DNA from: an uncultured delta proteobacterium
GTDB taxonomy: Bacteria > Myxococcota_A > Polyangia > Polyangiales > JAFGIB01
Reading direction: 5' to 3'
Assembly (NCBI GenBank): GCA_963778655.1
Contig: CAVZVA010000005.1
Span: 768,001 to 832,000 of the forward strand
Length of the DNA: 64,000 nt
Under the pieces are notes generated by a model. That model was not told the DNA's origin, did not search any database, and saw only the letters and a program-made list of their open reading frames with translations. Within the stretch, counting starts at the first letter, position 1; every line of letters starts with the position of its first letter. Position numbers and translations under genes: made by a program. This document shows positions 61,780-64,000 of this stretch, in pieces.

Positions 61780-62394
61780 GTGGATGCGGCTCGGGCCGGC
61801 TGGACGGCGTTCAACGCGTTTCAAGCCCTGTTGGGCGCAGGCGCCATGGCATTGATCGGCGTGCGGATGCGGGTGCTGCTGTTCGAGGCGCTGCTCGATA
61901 TCCACAGTTTCGTGGCAGCGCTGCGCACCGCCATGGCGGGCGGCCAGCTCGCGCTGGCGCGGGCACTGGCCGAAGCGTGCAAGCCCGCGTGGGCGGCAAG
62001 GCTGGCGGCGTGCGGGCTGGCCGAGCTCGAGGCCGCGCGCGATCCGCGGCCGGCGCTGGAGGAGCTGCAAGGCGAGCTCGAGCAAGCCGCCTCACGCGGG
62101 CGTGATATGCTGCTCGCGCTCGGGCGCATGGCCAGCCCGATCGCCCTGATCGGCGTGATCGTCGAGATGGGCAACGCGGCGCACGGTGGCGGGGGTCTGC
62201 TCGGCCTGCAGCGCGGGCTGGTCGCGCGGATCGCCATGCAGCGGGCGGTGCTCACGGTCGCGCTGGGGCTGGGCACGTCGGCCGTTTGTTTTGTTGCCGC
62301 AGCAATTCTGCAGCGCAGCGCGGCGACACTGCGGCGCGACCTCACGCAGGTCCGCGCACTGTTCGACGCGCCTGAGGGCGGTGGAGAAATGTAG
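61780..62394 (+). CDS. Divergent MotA/TolQ/ExbB (AglR-like) three-TM protein lacking conserved channel residues
   Basis: TM1, cytoplasmic FVAALR..MAGGQL.LA...A...ARL..CGL, then LGRMASPIALIGV and AVLTVALGLGTS in place of GLLGT and EA..TA.GL..AIP. Confidence 0.68.
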   Translation: MDAARAGWTAFNAFQALLGAGAMALIGVRMRVLLFEALLDIHSFVAALRTAMAGGQLALARALAEACKPAWAARLAACGLAELEAARDPRPALEELQGELEQAASRGRDMLLALGRMASPIALIGVIVEMGNAAHGGGGLLGLQRGLVARIAMQRAVLTVALGLGTSAVCFVAAAILQRSAATLRRDLTQVRALFDAPEGGGEM

Positions 62395-62601
62395 GGCCTG
62401 CAGAGCCTGGCGTGGCCTGCCAGCCGCCCTCCGGCCGCGGGGCCGCCCGGCGAAAAACCGCAACCCTGGACCGGACTTGGACAGCGTTGTACTGTGGCTG
62501 GCCGGCAGTACGGGCGCGCGGTGAGGGAACTTCTCGCGGCCCGAGACGTCTTCAGAGACAATGGGCAACGAGCAGGGCCCAGCCGAGCGAGAAACCCCAC
62601 G

Positions 62602-64000
62602 ATGAGCGAGCAAACGCCCCAGTCGTCCCAGCCTCAGCGCGCGAGCCGGCCTGGCGCCATGACCATGGCGATGCAGGCCGTCCAGCTCAAACCCAGCGGG
62701 CCTAAGGTCCTGCGTATCGGTCTGATCCAGGGCGGCAAGATCGTCGAGGAGCGCATCATCCGCAGGCGCGAGACGGTCACCGTCGGTAATTCGGAGAAGA
62801 ACCACTTCGTCGTGCACGGCGAGGGCGTTCCGGCGCGCTTCGAGCTGTTCCAGCTGGTCGGCAACGACTACATCCTGAACTTCACCGACAAGATGTCGGG
62901 CCGGGTCGGGCTGCCCGGCGGCGTCCAGGATCTGCAGCAAATGCGCCAGAGCGGCGCAGCGCGCAACGCCGGCACGCACTTCCAGGTCAAGCTCAGCGAT
63001 ACCTCGCGCGGCAAGGTGGTGCTCGGCACGACCACGCTGCTGTTCCAATTCGTGGCGCCACCGCCGGTGCAGCCGCGCCCGCAGCTGCCGGCCGCGGCGC
63101 GCGCGGGCTTCGTGCGCAGCATCGACTGGCTGTTCACCGCGTTCACGGTCTTCACCTTCATGACGATGTTCGGCTTCATCGTCTACCTCGAGAACGCGGA
63201 CTGGCCGCTGACAGGGGGCGTCGAGGCGGTGCCCGAAGAAGTCGCGAAGATGATCTACGAGGAGCCGCCGCCGCCTCCGGAAGAGAAGCCTCAAGAGGCG
63301 GAGGCTCCCAGCGACCAAGCGCAGGCGGAAAAGGAGACGAAGAAGCCCGAGAAGCAATCGGCGCCCAAGGAAGCGTCGCCCGCCCCAACCAAGGAGGAGC
63401 AGGAGGCCGCCCAAGCGGAGAAGACCGCGCGCATTGCGCAGGAAGCCGCGCAAGCGGCCGAGGCGCTGGTGGTGGGCGCGCTGAGCTCGGAAGCCGGCGG
63501 CGCACTGGCCGACGTGCTCGCGGGCGGCGCGGTCACGGGCAACGCGCAGGACATCTTGGCGCAGGCCGCGGGCGTGGGCGTGGCGCAATCGGCTTCGGGG
63601 GGCGCGCTGCGTACGCGCTCCGGCGGCGGCTCGGGCAGCGGCCAGAAAGGTCTGGGCGCGCTGTCGCGCGCCGAGGGCGCCACCAAGGCCCAAGGCGAAG
63701 GCGGCAAGGTGGTCGAGCGCGTGATCAAGGCCAAGACGCCCTCGCTGGGCTCCGGCGGCGACATCGGCGGCAGCGGCGAGTTCGACTCGGCGCTGGTAGT
63801 GAAGATGATCAAGCAGCGCATCGGCGCCATCAAGGCCTGCTACGAGCGCGAGCTGAAGAGCAATCCGACCCTCGCGGGCAAGATCACGATCCAGTTCACG
63901 ATCGAGGAGCGCGGCAACGTCTCGGGGGTCAAGGTCACCGACAACAGCATGGGCAGCGACGCGGTGGGCTCGTGCGTCGCCAACGCGATCCAGCGCTTCC
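62602..64000 (+). CDS. GltG/PglI-like protein (FHA-like - TM - Pro/Glu/Gly linker - TonB-C-like), truncated by the window edge
   Basis: Manual translation from ATG 62602 (no stop, so absent from the ORF track): KVLRIGLIQGGKIVEERII, LLFQFVAPPP, TM, EEPPPPPEEKP, C-terminal IKACYERELKSNPTLAGKITIQFTI...VGSCVANAIQRF. Confidence 0.88.
   Translation, partial: MSEQTPQSSQPQRASRPGAMTMAMQAVQLKPSGPKVLRIGLIQGGKIVEERIIRRRETVTVGNSEKNHFVVHGEGVPARFELFQLVGNDYILNFTDKMSGRVGLPGGVQDLQQMRQSGAARNAGTHFQVKLSDTSRGKVVLGTTTLLFQFVAPPPVQPRPQLPAAARAGFVRSIDWLFTAFTVFTFMTMFGFIVYLENADWPLTGGVEAVPEEVAKMIYEEPPPPPEEKPQEAEAPSDQAQAEKETKKPEKQSAPKEASPAPTKEEQEAAQAEKTARIAQEAAQAAEALVVGALSSEAGGALADVLAGGAVTGNAQDILAQAAGVGVAQSASGGALRTRSGGGSGSGQKGLGALSRAEGATKAQGEGGKVVERVIKAKTPSLGSGGDIGGSGEFDSALVVKMIKQRIGAIKACYERELKSNPTLAGKITIQFTIEERGNVSGVKVTDNSMGSDAVGSCVANAIQRF

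Overview
Gene-dense, very GC-rich chromosomal segment, almost certainly from a myxobacterium (Myxococcota; a Polyangia-like lineage is a guess). The assignment rests on RomR next to valS, a Glt/Nfs-type gene cluster, an FHA-GGDEF enzyme, two ECF/anti-sigma pairs and two sigma54 activators. About 44 real genes can be read; most long ORFs in the six-frame track are antisense or frame shadows. Housekeeping genes: ffh, polA, valS, trmB, ogt, dacB, a DedA protein, amino-acid transporters and an HD dNTPase. Signalling genes: a cyclic-dinucleotide triad (FHA-GGDEF, REC-GAF-HD-GYP, PgpH-like 7TM-HD), a group-2-like sigma70 with a long structured leader, and the ECF and NtrC-family regulators. The best candidate for an undescribed system is at the right end: a Glt/Nfs-family trans-envelope operon (unknown secreted protein, GltC/D/E/F-like, GltG-like truncated at the edge). 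It carries an intact but channel-degenerate AglR/TolQ/ExbB paralogue between gltF and gltG. It is transcribed divergently from an ECF sigma/anti-sigma/sigma54-activator operon, and its promoter has overlapping sigma70 and sigma54-like elements. A second anti-sigma in the window ends in the same TonB-C-like domain as GltG. Two small intergenic repeat families are present. No rRNA, tRNA, CRISPR array, transposase or integrase was seen. All family assignments come from motif recognition by eye; no searches were run.
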